Assembly (NCBI GenBank): GCA_963829055.1
Contig: CAWHHI010000020.1
Coordinates: forward strand, 736,001-800,000
Source of the DNA: an uncultured Gemmatimonadaceae bacterium
Lineage (GTDB): Bacteria > Gemmatimonadota > Gemmatimonadetes > Gemmatimonadales > Gemmatimonadaceae
Length of the DNA stretch: 64,000 bases
Direction of reading: 5' to 3'
In this document: one piece after another, positions 12,501-24,247 of the stretch
Numbering within the stretch: position 1 is the stretch's first letter
Layout: each line of letters begins with the position of its first letter
The notes under the pieces: model-generated
Told to the model about the DNA's origin: nothing
Seen by the model: only the letters and a program-made list of their open reading frames with translations
The model's database searches: none
Program-made: the position numbers and the translations under genes

Positions 12501-13088
12501 TCGGGGATCACGTACACGCCGACGACGCTCGTGGCCTACGGTGGCCCGTGGGGCGAGAACTACTACTACGAGACCGAGGATGTGTACGGCGACCAGAAGC
12601 TGCGCCACTTCACGCCGTGGGCCGAGCTCGAGGCGAAGGTGCTCAGGCGCGGCGGCGCTGGTCAGGCGGGCTGGTTCCATCCGTCGCAGCACGTGTTCAG
12701 GAAGATCGGCGAGCAGGTGCGCGACGCGGTGGCGTTAGGCGCGAAGGTGGGCGTCGGCTCGCACGGTCAGCTGCAGGGATTGGGCTACCACTGGGAGCTC
12801 TGGTCGATCGCCTCCGGCGGACTCTCCGCGCACGACGCACTTCGCTCGGCCACGATCGTCGGCGCGGAAGGGCTGGGCCTCGCGCGCGATCTTGGGTCCA
12901 TCGAGCCGGGCAAGCTCGCGGACCTGCTGGTCCTGGACGCGAATCCGCTGGAGAACATCCGGAACTCGAACACGATCCGGTATGTCATGAAGAACGGGCG
13001 GATGTACGAGGGCGCGACGCTGGACGAGGTCTACCCGCGCGCGCGTAAGGCGGGCTCGTTCTACTGGGGTACTGAGCGGACACAGTAG
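9572..13088 (+). CDS. Secreted TolB/PD40 beta-propeller plus amidohydrolase fusion (paralog of 1-3311); frameshift near 11700-11800
   Basis: Signal peptide; SPDG repeats; PGFVDTHAH; GSHGQLQGLGYHWE; GSIEPGKLADLLVL. Confidence 0.9.
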
Positions 13089-13167
13089 CGTGCTGCGCGC
13101 TGCGTGCGTTGCACCGTGGCGCGCGGGGCTGGTCTGGATCATTGCGGCGCTAGGCGCGGGCACTCGG

Positions 13168-13610
13168 CTCCGGCGGCTACGCGCTTACACGCCTCGAGCC
13201 AAGGGGTACCGAACTCCGTGTCTTGAGGGTGGCTCGGCCCCCTTGTCTCGGGGCTACGCGCGAACGCCGCCTATGCCGAGCGCCCGCGCCCCCCGGTCAT
13301 GGCACGCTCCGGGGCCGGCCGCTCGTCACCGCGCACGCATCGCGCACGCGCCGCTCCGCGGCGCGCCCAGCACGCAGCAAGTGCGCGCTCCCCCCTCGTG
13401 GGCGCGTGGCACCTCGTTAGGAGACACGCACTTGCTGGGTGCTGCTCGCTGCTTACCCTGAGGTTCGGGATGCGTACCAGGAGGCGGGGGTGTCGCGTCG
13501 TAGGCGTCGTTGGCGCGTAGCCCCGAGACGAGCGGGGCCGAGCCACTCAGTCCTTACACGGAGCCCGGTACCCGTTGGCTCGAGGCGTGTAAGCGCCTAC
13601 GGCGCCGGAG
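13168..13610. repeat. Long imperfect inverted repeat (arms about 13168-13273 and 13501-13610) with internal hairpin
   Basis: gcgcttacacgcctcgagccaa...gtctcggggctacgcg pairs with cgcgtagccccgagac...ttggctcgaggcgtgtaagcgc; lies between convergent genes. Confidence 0.85.
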
Positions 13611-13675
13611 ACGCGACGCCCCGCCGACAAGACAGCGATCCCGACCGTCAACCCAGCAGCGAGCAGCAGCCAGCC

Positions 13676-14620
13676 CTACACGCGAACCGCCAGCGGCGGC
13701 AACGCGTCTTCGATCTCCCGCTCGGTGCGGCTCGAGCCACGGCGGCAGCACGAGGTGCTCGCCGAGCGTCGCGAGGTCCTCGTCGACCGTGAATCCAGGA
13801 CCGTCCGTCGCGATCTCGAACAGGACACCGCCCGGCTCGAGGAAGTACACCGACTTGAACCAGAACCGGTCGATCACCTCCGTCGGCCGGCGCTTCGCGG
13901 CCGAGATTCGTTCGCGCACCGCGAGCTCCGCCGCGTCGTCAGGCACGCGCCACGCGACGTGATGGATCCCGCCCGTCCCCCACGAGCCGCGCTGCTCGTT
14001 AGGCAGCGCGCGGATGTCCAGGTGGCGCCCCGACCCGCCGCCGTTGATCGCGTAGCGATGCCAGCCGTTCTCCTCACCCACCTCGCGAAACCCAGCGTCT
14101 CGACGAGGAAGCTCGCCGTCTGCGCGACGTCGCGTTCCCAGAGGCGCACCGCGTGCAGCCCACGAATCTGCTGCTCGGCCGGCACCGGGCTCTGCGACCA
14201 GGCCGCGAACTCGCGCTCGTCCGCCGTCTCCACCAGCGCGAGCTCGAGCCCGTGCGGATCCGCGAGGCGCAGCGCGTGCTCGCCGTGACGCACTTCGCGC
14301 GCACCCGTATTCGCGACGCCGCCGAGCGACAGACGGTCCTCCCAGTACTCGAGCGAGCCCTTCGGGATGGCGAGCGACACCTCGACGGCCAGCCCGACGC
14401 CTTTCTGCACCGGTGGCAGCTTCGGCCACGGAAAAAACGTGAGATCGGCACCGGGGTGCGCCTCGCCGTCCGCGTAGAAGAGGTGGTAGGTGTCCGGGAC
14501 GTCCTGATTGACCGACTTCTTCACGAGCCGCATGCCGAGCGTGCCGGTGTAGAAGTCGACGTTCTCCTGCGGATCGCCGGCGATGCAGGTGACGTGGTGA
14601 ATCCCCGTGACGGTGCTCAT
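13676..14620 (-). CDS. Ring-cleaving dioxygenase / VOC-family protein (MhqO-like); frameshifted
   Basis: GIHHVTCIAGDPQENVDFY...KKSVNQD...YHLFYAD; GGIHHVAWR; DRFWFKSVYFLEPGGVLFEIATDGPGF. Confidence 0.9.
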
Positions 14621-14713
14621 GCCCGTTCCTCGGCCTCGGACGTTGCTGGTGGTGCTCGTGGTCCTGTCCGCCCCTCGACGTATTCTAGCTCCGAAGTCCT
14701 GCCTCGATCAGCC

Positions 14714-15696
14714 ATGACTCTCAATCTCACGTCGCGACTTCGTCACCCGATCCGGCTCCTGTGCCGCTCACCTCGCTCTCGCCGCCGCGGTCGCGCCAGA
14801 CGCGCTGCGCGCCGCGTGGGCGCACGCGTCGCTCGGATCGGTCGTCGCACGCGAGCCGTTCGGCTCGCTCGAACAGGTTGCCGACGGCATCTGGGCGCTG
14901 ATCTCGACCCCGTTAGGCGGCGATCGCACGACGCTCTCGAACGGCGGCATCATTGCCGGCCGGTCGGGCGTCATCGCCATCGAGGGATTCAATCAGCCCG
15001 CCGGCGCCGCGTGGCTCGCGCGCGAAAGCGCGCGAGCTCACGGGACGCTGGCCGACGCACGTCGTCGTCACGCACTATCACGCCGATCACGCGAACGGCG
15101 TCGCCGGCTATCTCGCGCCCGACAATCACGAGCGGCAAATCGCCGCCGGCGGTACGCACGACCGAGCGCACGCGCGACCTCGTGCTGCAGAAGAATCAGC
15201 CGGCCGACGACGCGCGCACTGCGGCGCTGCAGCAGGCGGTCGTCGCTCCCGTCCACCGGAGCGCTCACGATCGACCTCGGCAACCGCCGCGTGCGCATCG
15301 TCCCGCGGAGTGGCCACACGGACAGCGACGTGTCGCTCGAGATCGAGGATCCGAGCGTGGTGTTCTGCGGCGATCTCGTGTGGAACGCGATGTTCCCGAA
15401 CTACGTCGACGCCATTCCATCGACGACTGGCGTCGTCCGTCAAGGCGCTGCGCCGCGATCGCAAGACGATCTACGTTCCAGGCCATGGCGCGCTCGCGCG
15501 CGAGGCGGAGTTCGATCGTTATGCGTCGATGCTCGCCGAGGTCGAACAGGCGGCGCGCAAGGCACGACAGCAGGGCACGTCCGCCGCCGACGCGGGAGCC
15601 GCCTTCTCGCTTCCGCCGTCGCTCGGCGAATGGATGCTGTTCAACAAGGTGTTCTTCGAGCGCGCGTTCGCGGCCTGGTACAAAGAGCTCCCGTAG
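14714..15696 (+). CDS. MBL-fold metallo-hydrolase, probable Tat substrate; frameshifted
   Basis: THYHADHANG, GHTDSD, FCGDL and VPGHG motifs across frames; RR-DF-like N-terminus. Confidence 0.8.
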
Positions 15697-15702
15697 GACT
15701 TC

Positions 15703-15861
15703 GTCATTCCGAGCGGAGGGTGTCATTCCGAGCGGAGCGCGAAGCGCGCAGTCGAGGAATCGCGATCATGCTGATAGCGTAGAGGGCCCTCTAGCGCGAA
15801 CCGCGCGATTCCTCGACTGCGCCGTGCGCTCCGCCGTCGCGCCGTCCGCCCTCGGACTGAC
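15703..15861. repeat. REP/REPIN-like palindromic repeat, GTCATTCCGAGCG family
   Basis: gtcattccgagcg twice, then gcagtcgaggaatcgcg...cgcgattcctcgactgc; between convergent genes. Confidence 0.85.
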
Positions 15862-15875
15862 CGACCCTTCGGCCT

Positions 15876-17213
15876 CTACGGCGTCAACCGAGTCGGCCCG
15901 CGATGCAGGAACGTCGCCTCCCGGATGCTCGGCAACCCCAGCATCAGCATAACGAGTCGCGCGAGGCCGAGGCCGAAGCCGCCGTGTGGCGGACAGCCAT
16001 AGCGGAAGAAGTCGAGATAGTACGACACCGACTCGCGCAAGCCCGCCTCCTCCGCCTGACGCGACAGCACCGTCGTGCCGGTGCTCGCGCTGCGCGCCCG
16101 TCGTGATCTCCACGCCCTTCCACATGCAGGTCGAAGCTCTTCGTCACGCGACGCGTCGTGCTCGTGCGCGCATGTGGTAGAACGGCCGAAGCGATGACGG
16201 ATACTCGGTGAGGAAGAGGAATTCGCTGCCGTGCGTGTCGAGCGCCCACGCGCGAGCACCCGCTCGCCGGCCGGGTCGATGTCGCCCGACTTCGTCGCCT
16301 CGCGCGATCTCGTGACCCAGCTCGCGCAGCAGGGCGTGCGCGTCACGCATCGTCAGGCGCGGGAAGCTCGACCGGCGGCACGATCGACACTCGACGCCAA
16401 ACGTCTCGCTCGATCGCGTCGCCGTGCTCGCGCGCACCGTCGAGAGGATGTAGCTGCAGCCACTCTTCCTCCATTCGCATCACGTCCTCGTGCGACTCCA
16501 CCCACGCCATCTCGACGTCCACACTCGTGAACTCCGCGGCGTGACGCGGCGTGAGCGACGGTTCGGCCCGGAAGACCGGGCCCGATCTCGAACACGCGCT
16601 CGAATCCCGCCGCGATCGCCATCTGCTTGTAGAACTGCGGCGACTGCGCGAGGTACGCGGTCGCCGAGCTCGAAGTACGGCGTCGAGAACGTGTCGGCTC
16701 CCGACTCGCTCGCGCTGTGCATGAGCTTCGGCGAGTGCAGCTCGAGGAACTCGTGCGTCGCCCAGTACTCGCGCATCGCGCGCTCGATCGTCGTCTGCAC
16801 CTCGAACACGAGCAGGTTCTCCGGCCGCCGCAGGGCGAGGAACCGCCAGTCGAGCTGCAGGTCGGACGCCGAATGTTCATCGATCGGCAGTCCGGGCTCC
16901 GCCGGCTGACGACTTCCAGCGAGCGCGCGAGCAGCTCGACACCGCCGGTCTTCACCGCCGCGTTGGCCACGACCGTCGCCGCTCACTCGAACGGCCGACC
17001 CGATCGTTAGGCCGAGCGCAGTCGTCTCGAGGTCGCTCGCGGCGGTGCCCGGCTGGCGATCGCTCGATCGTCACCTGCACGCGCCCGCTCCGGTCCTGCA
17101 CGATCAGGAAGATCATCCGCTTGAGCACGCGGATGGTGACGACGAATCCGGCGATGGTCGCTTCGAGCTGGTCCTGGCCCGGCTGAGAGGCGTGCAATGG
17201 GCGAGCGGTGCAT
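15876..17213 (-). CDS. aspS: Archaeal-type (probably non-discriminating) aspartyl-tRNA synthetase; heavily frameshifted
   Basis: OB-fold start ([22 protein letters not shown]), [54 protein letters not shown]-terminal RLTP; about 445 aa, too short to carry a GAD domain. Confidence 0.85.
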
Positions 17214-17234
17214 GAGGACTGGGAGAGGCGGCAC

Positions 17235-17269
17235 AAAAGAAAAACGGCCCGTGGATATCCACGGGCCGT
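17235..17269 (-). terminator. Intrinsic terminator in the aspS leader (attenuator candidate)
   Basis: Perfect 26-bp palindrome acggcccgtggatatccacgggccgt followed on the minus strand by TTTTCTTTT, about 20 nt upstream of the aspS ATG. Confidence 0.8.
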
Positions 17270-17514
17270 GAGGGTTCGGTCGTCGCTGCGTCGAAGCGTG
17301 TGTCTACGCTCGCGTGCGCCTCCGCCCCCACCCCGTGCGCGGGGTGGCGTCGGAATCGTACGTTGTTCAGGAAGGCGGGCGCGAGTCTCGAGCGACATGA
17401 TGGCAAGGTGAGGGGTCGTCTCAGCGCGCGTCAAGACGGCGAACGTCGCTCGCGCAACCGGCTCGTCACGGAGACCTCTCGCGCGCCGCGATCTCGGGGT
17501 GTAGGTCTGTGGGC

Positions 17515-18448
17515 ATGCATCGATGCGCGCTGCTCGCCCTGCGACTGCCGGCTCGGGCGTGATCGGCTGTGACTCGACGAGACCGTTGCCTCCCGCGGTG
17601 TTCGTCGAACCCGCGACGCTGACGCTCGAGGATGGGCAGACGGCGACGCTCACCGCGACAGCTGCGTAACCCGAAGGCGCGAACCGTCACCTGGTCCTCG
17701 TCGAATCGGGCGGTCGCGACGGTCGATCCCGCGGGTAACGTCACCGGGGTCACGAACGGGACGGCGAGCATCGTCGTGCGGATGACCGACGACACGACGA
17801 TCAGCACGACCGTGCCGGTCACGGTGAGCGGACCGGCCGTGGCCACGGTGACCGTGACGCCCGGCGGCGCCGATCGTGTACGTTGGCTTCGCACGACAGC
17901 TGCCTTGTCCAACTCCGCGTCGGCCGATGGGCGTCTGCTTCGCGGCCGGACGGTGACGTGGACGACGCCCGACGCCGAGCATCGCCGACGTGTCCGGCGC
18001 GGGGTCGTCGCGTGGGCGCGCCCCGGGCGGGCCGCATCCCGTCGTCGCGTCGAGCGAAGGGCGGACCGGCGACGTACACAGGTCCGCGTCGCGCACGCGG
18101 CCGAGGTGTGCCCGTTCGTCGCGACGCTGGCGCTCGGCCAGCGCGCCGACGGTACGCTCGCGTTAGGCGACTGCGAGTACTCGCTCGACGACTCGTACGT
18201 CGACGTCTACGAGATCACGCTGCCGGCGGCCGGAACGATCCAGATCGACATGACGAGCACGTGACCTCGATTCCTACCTCGGCTTGTTCGAGGCCGGCGG
18301 CGTCTTGCTCGCGGAAGATGACAACTCCGGCGGTGGTCGGAACGCACGGATCGTGCGCCAGCTCCCCGCCGGCCAGTATCGCGTCTGGGCCAACACGATT
18401 TCCGGGTCGGCGACCGGCGCCTATTCGCTGATCGTCCCGCAGCGCTGA
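17515..18448 (+). CDS. Lipoprotein with bacterial Ig-like (Big_2) repeats and a PPC-like C-terminal domain; frameshifted
   Basis: VTWSSSNRAVATVDPAGNVTGV; GTLALGDC...YVDVYEITLPAAGTIQIDMTS; EDDNSGGG. Confidence 0.7.
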
Positions 18449-18469
18449 GCGGCACGCGGCGGTCGCCGC

Positions 18470-19178
18470 TTACTGCTTCGGCACGAGCGAGAACGTGTAC
18501 TCGAGCTTGATGCGTGTCCGCGACGCTCAGCACCACCGGCACGCGCGGCTGCGTCAGGCCGAAGTCGGAGAACACGAACGACGTCGCGGCCGTGCCGCTC
18601 ACGCGGCCGCCGTCGAACTTCGCGTCCACCTGCCACGTCGTCGGCTTGGTCACGCCGTGCACGGTGAGATCGCCAACGAGCTGGAACGTCTTGCTGCCTG
18701 ACGTCGGCACCGGCAGCGTTAGGCCACGCAGCGCGGTCGGCGCGAGCTCGACCGTCGGAAACTGACTCGTCTCGAGCACTGCGGCCGCGCACGTACCCGT
18801 CGCGGCGATCCTTGTCGCTCTTGAGCGTGCGCGACGTTGACGACGAACTTCGACGACGCCGGAACGAGCTTGCCCTTCGCGTCGAACGCGATGCCGCCGG
18901 TGACGTCGAGGTCGCGCCGACGGCGTCGTTAGGCAGGTCGAAGCCGGCCAGCTGCTCGCGTATGCGGTAGCGTACTTCGTTGCCGTCGGGCGCGACGACG
19001 AGCTGCAGCCCGTCGGTGGCCGGGAGCGCAACGTCGCCGGTCGCGGTCTGCGCGACAGGAGCGCGTACCCGACGCGTTCGTCGTCACGCGCGGACGCCTC
19101 TGCCCGCTGGCAGCTCGCCGCAACGATCGCCGCCAGCACCGGCACGCCGACCGCGGCGACTGTCTTCTTCATTCGCAT
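18470..19178 (-). CDS. YceI-family lipoprotein; frameshifted
   Basis: Lipobox-like VAASC; VRYRIREQLAGFDLPNDAVG; LVGDLTVHGVTKPTTWQV; FSDFGLTQPRVPVVLSV. Confidence 0.8.
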
Positions 19179-19337
19179 TCGATTCTCCAAAAAGGCCCAC
19201 AGGCCCGTTGAGTGTTCGCGTCTGTCGCGTCTGGTACCGCGTTCGTCGCGTGGTTGAACGACCGGCGGCGAAGGAGCACGAGCTCCCGCGCCGCCGGCGC
19301 ACCCAAACTACCATGGCGCCGAGTGGAACTGTGTCGG

Positions 19338-19875
19338 TTACCGACCAGTGCCGCTCTTGTCGCCCTCGGCTGGTCACCGTGACCACGATGGCCGCCCTGC
19401 GCCGCCGCTCCTTCAAGGCCGCGATGTTCGCGTCGAGCTGCTTCTGCTGATCGGCGTTCAGGATGGTCCGCAGCGAGGCGATCTGCTGCTCGCGCTGCTG
19501 CGTCCATCTGCGTGCGGACCTGCTCCATCTTCGCGCGCGCGGTCACGGTGTCGCCACGCTGCGCGTGCTTCACGCGCTTCCTTCATGACCGCGCCGAACT
19601 GCTCGCGCGTCTTCTTCATCTCCGGCTCCTGCTCCTTGCGAAGCGCCTCGAGCCGAGTCTTCTGGGCGTCCGTCAGGGTGATGCCCTTGAGCAGCATGCC
19701 GCCCGGGCCCGCCTCGGCCGCGATGCCACGCTCGCCCTGCTCACCGTCCCGTCCGCCATGATCGGGCTGCGTCGCTGTCGGACGAGCGTCCGGGCGTGGA
19801 CTGCGCGGCAGCCGCACCGGCGGCGCCAACGACAAGGGCCAAACCGAGGCCCATTCTGGTCAGGGTCTTACGCAT
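19338..19875 (-). CDS. Spy/CpxP (LTXXQ)-family periplasmic protein; frameshifted
   Basis: Signal MRKTLTRMGLGLALVVGAAGAAAA; LKGITLTDAQKTRL; ILNADQQKQL. Confidence 0.8.
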
Positions 19876-20246
19876 GTGCTTCTCCCGTACTGCGAGATTG
19901 TCCGCCCGTGCTGGCACCGTGCTCATCGTGAGCCCGGCCTGACGGGACCGAAGCCGAGGCGGCGAGATCACCAGCCTCGGGTACTTCGGAGGATGGTACC
20001 GGAGGTGGTCCGGAGCGCGGTCCGGGAATTGGCACGAACGGCACACGGGCGATGCGAATTGCACGGGCCGAAGGCTCGAGGCCTGAGGAAGGAGGCCTGA
20101 GGAAGGAGGAACGGTGTCATCCCGAGGATCGGTCAGCGAGAGGATCTGCTGTGCAGTTCCGTGGCAGGTCGACCACGATCCGCGAGTTCGCTGACGCTCG
20201 GATCAGCGACCAGCAACCAGCAACCAGCTCCCAACCCAAATCGCTG

Positions 20247-21420
20247 ATGTCCGACCCTGCGTTCATCACGACGACGCTGACCGAGCTCGTCCGGACGAAG
20301 TCCATCAACCCCGCCTTCGCGGACGGCGAGCCGAGTGACGAGCGGGAGATCGCGACCCGACTCGGCGCGATGATGCGCGCGTTAGGCATGGAGACCACCG
20401 AATACGAGCCCGCGCCCGGACGCGTCAGCGTCGTCGGCCGGCTGCGCGGCACCGGCGGCGGGCGCTCGCTCATGCTGTACGGCCACATCGACACCGTCGG
20501 CGTCGCCGCGATGCCCGAGCCGTTCTCGGCCACCGTGCGCGACGGCAAGCTCTACGGACGCGGGAGCTACGACATGAAGGGCGGCGTCACCGCGTGTCTC
20601 GGCGACCGTCAAGGCGCTGCGCGATGCCGGTACGACGCTGCGCGGTGACGTGCTCATTGCCTGCGTGGCGGACGAGGAGGTCGCGAGCATCGGCATGGCG
20701 GAGGTGCTCGCGCCACGTCCGCGCCGACGCGGCCGTCGTGACCGAGGCGACCGAGCTTCGGGTCTGCCTCGCGCATCGCGGCTTCAGCTGGGTCGAGGTC
20801 GAAACGTTAGGCATCGCCGCCCACGGCAGCCGTTTCGACTGGGGATCGACGCCAACATGCGCATGGGGCGATTCCTCGCGCGGCTCGACACGCTCGAGCA
20901 GGAGCTGCGCGCCCGCCCGCCTCACGCGCTCGTCGGACCGCCGTCGCTCCACGCGGCGGTGCTGCAGGGCGGGACCGGGCACGAGCACGTACGCCGACCA
21001 CTGCCGTCTCGAGATCGAACGGCGCACGGTTCCCGGGCGAGACCGAGGAGCAGGTGCTGTCCGAGATCCGCGCGATCACCGACGCACTCGCGTCGGATGA
21101 CGCGACGTTCCGCGCGAACGTGCGCGCCATGCTGACGCGCGGTTCGTTCGAGGTCGCCGCGAACGCCCCGATCGTGAACGCCATCCTTGGCGCCGCCACC
21201 AACGGTGCTCGGCGCGCAGCCGGAGGTGATCGGCGAGCCGTACTGGATGGACGCGGCACTGCTGTCGGCGGTGGGAATCGACACGGTCGTCATCGGACCG
21301 ACGGGCGCTGGCGCGCATGCGCTCGAGGAATGGGTCGATCTCGAGTCATCGAGCAGGTGACGGACATCCTCCCGCGGCGGCAATGGAGTTCTGCGCCGCC
21401 GTTGGCATCGCGAGCGCGGG
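20247..21420 (+). CDS. M20 ArgE/DapE-family deacylase; frameshifted, 3' end uncertain
   Basis: SLMLYGHIDTV, GRGSYDMKGG, VADEEVASIG, AHRGF, GIAAHGS, GAGAHALEEWV. Confidence 0.85.
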
Positions 21421-21626
21421 CTGCTGGATTTCCATCGCGGCTACCCGACTGCAACCGACGCTCAGTGCGCGTCTCGAGACCGCAACAGCAACGGTATTTC
21501 TTCTGCGTCTCGACGTTCAGAGCGCTCTGCGCCGCCGTTCGAGTCGCCAGCCACTGCGAGGTCCGTCCTCAGGTGCAACGTCGCCGGCCGGGGTGAAGGC
21601 CAGCGGCGCTGCACTCGCGTTACCCA

Positions 21627-22537
21627 CTACTTGTTGCCGAACGGCTTCGGCGGAACGCTCTTCAGGTACAGCCATACCGCATGAATCTCGGCGTCGGTCA
21701 TCCCGCGGAAGACCTTCCACGGCATGAACTCGTCGAGCCCGGCTGCCGTCGGGCCGCTTGCCCTCGCGCAGCGCTCGCGTGAGATCCGCCTCCGTCCAGC
21801 TGCCGATACCAGCCGGCGTTAGGTTCGACGCCGGCGGCAGGCCCGGTGGACCCGCCACGCGACCGCCGGACAAGCCCGTAGCCGTGACATCCATGACACC
21901 CGCTGATGTCCGCGATGTACTTCCCGTACGCCGCCGTCGTGTCGCGAGGCACCGACGCGGGCGCGTCGTACGCGTCGGCGTCTTGCCCGCGACCAGAATG
22001 TTCATCTTCCCCGTCGCCAGCAGCGCACGACCAACCGGCCCGAAGCCCGACCGCGGCACCTCCCGATCCACCGGCGGTAGCCTGCTTCAGGAACGCGAGC
22101 ACCGCGCCGATGTCCTCCTGACTCAGGTGCGTGAACACCTCGCTCGGCATCACGATGAGCGAACGTGCCGTCACGCTGCACGCCTCGCCGGATGGCGCGC
22201 ACGTAGTCCATGTCGCCGTAGTCCGTGCTCAACCCACCCTGACCGTGCGTCAGATTCGGGCCGGCGACCGTACCGATCGCCGGGCTGCTGGAGTACACGG
22301 CGCCGCCGAGATCGGACGCCGTGGCAGAACGTGCAGTCGATGACGTTGCGCACGAGGTGCTCACCGCGCGCGATGGACGCGCTGTCCGTCGGCACGTGGA
22401 CCGAGTCGACGGTGGTGTCGTACGTCTTCCGGAGCTTGCGCTCGCTCGCGGCGTAGACGACGCCGGCGCCGATGAGCACGAGCACGAGCGACGGCGGCCA
22501 GCAGTCGCCCGATCCACTTGAGAATGACGCGCGTCAT
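21627..22537 (-). CDS. Membrane-anchored diheme cytochrome c; frameshifted
   Basis: Two CxxCH motifs (CTFCH, CHGCH); AGPNLT and ASNLTP; N-terminal TM. Confidence 0.85.
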
Positions 22538-24148
22538 GCGCACCTCCGGTCCATACCCGCGGTGAACGACGACGCGACTCGCGGCGAGATTCCGCATCGA
22601 GCCCCAGCACGCGCGCAGACGACCTGCTCGAGCGTCGCGCGTCGCGTCGGCGGCAGCACCGGTCGAGCGCCACGCAATGTGCCCGTCAGGGCGCACGAGC
22701 ACCGCACCGTCGGCATCGATGCCGTAGGCGCGCAGCCAATCGTCCGACACGTCCGTCATCTCCGACCCGCCGACGACGACCACGCCTAACGGGACATCGA
22801 GCGCGCGACTCACTGTGCGGGCGGCGTCGCGCCATGCACCGCCGTTCACACCGGTGAGCAACATCAGGCAGTCACCGAACAGATCGAGCGTCGACAGCCT
22901 CGCTGCCGCGGACGTCGAGCCAGACGTGCGGCGCGCGCGCACCAACGCACGCCGGCGACAACGGCTCGATCACCGCTGGCCGATCGCCGGCCTCGGCGAC
23001 AATGGCCGACGACGAGTACACGACGCCCAGGTCTGCGGCGATAGGGCGACACGCCCTGCAGCTGTCCGCGCGACCGCAGCAGGTTCCGCTCGCCGGACGG
23101 ACGCCGCTCCGGTTCGTAGCTGTCGAGCAGCGCGGGACTCGCGACGCCGTTCAGGACCGCGGCCAGCTTCCACGCCAGGTTGTGCGCGGCGTGGATCGCC
23201 GTGTTCATGCCCGTGCCGCCGGTCGGCGCGGTGCGGTGGGCCGCGTCTCCCACGAGGAACACGTTGCCGTCGCGGAAGCGGTCGGCGACCTCGGCACCGA
23301 TGCCGATGAGCTGACAGTCCAGCACCTCGACGTCGAGATCCGGAGTGTCCGCCGCACGCCTAACGAGGCCGACGATGTCATCCGCGCTCGATCGATGCGA
23401 GTGGCCGCTCCTCGCCCCGCCACGGCGTCGCGAGCATCCACCGGTTCTCGTTGCTCGTCGGCAGCGCGACGCTCGGCGCCGGACCACCCAGGCCCTGCAG
23501 CATGTAGAGTCCGCACCGCTCTGCACCCACGATCGCGTCCAGGTCGGCCCGGAACAGCACGCTCAGGTACTCACCGATGCGCGCTACACCCTGCGTCGCG
23601 ATCCCGAGGCGCCGACGAATCGGGCTGTGGCACCGTCGGCGGCCATGACGTACTGCGCGTGCACGACCGGTGCGCTCGCCGGTCGCGCGATCGACGATCG
23701 TCGCACGCACGCCGCCTCGCGTCTGCGTCCAGATCGCAGACCTCGGTGTTGAAGCGCACCTCGGCCGAGTCGATAGCTGCGCGCGTGGTCGAGCAGGATC
23801 GGCTCGAGGAGATCCTGCGCCAGACACCGCCGGCATCTGTCGGACTGAACGCGGCCGCTTCGTCGCGATTTGGGAAACCGAGTGGCCGTCGCTCGACCTC
23901 GGGCGCGGCGAGGTTGTCGCGCACGGAGCTCACGAACTCGACCGACATCGCCGCCTCGCGTACCCGAGGCTCGATTCCCCACGCGCGGAACAGCTCCATG
24001 GTACGCGTGCTGATGCCGGTGGCCTTCGGGTGGATCGACGTCGACGGTGACGCTCGACGAGTAGCGAGCGCACGCCGAACCGCGAGAGGAGAATCGAGCT
24101 GCACAGGCCCGCCGGGCCGGCGCCGACGATAAGGATAGGAATCTGCAT
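22534..24148 (-). CDS. FAD-dependent monooxygenase; frameshifted
   Basis: ILIVGAGPAG; YVMAADG; FLVGDAAH...PTGGTGMNTAIH; LVRPDGHIAWR; ATGA overlap with the cytochrome c gene. Confidence 0.9.
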
Positions 24149-24247
24149 GGGAGTAACCCTCAGTCATGTCGATGGTTGGTCTCCGCTGCCGCACTTGCCC
24201 TCTGGCGCAGGAGTCTATAATTTCATGCTACAACCTGTCCGATCAAT

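Noticed and set aside
15876..17213. Programmed frameshifting in aspS, lanM or ADOP genes
   Set aside because: Too many shifts, no slippery sites, and neighbouring unrelated genes are equally affected.
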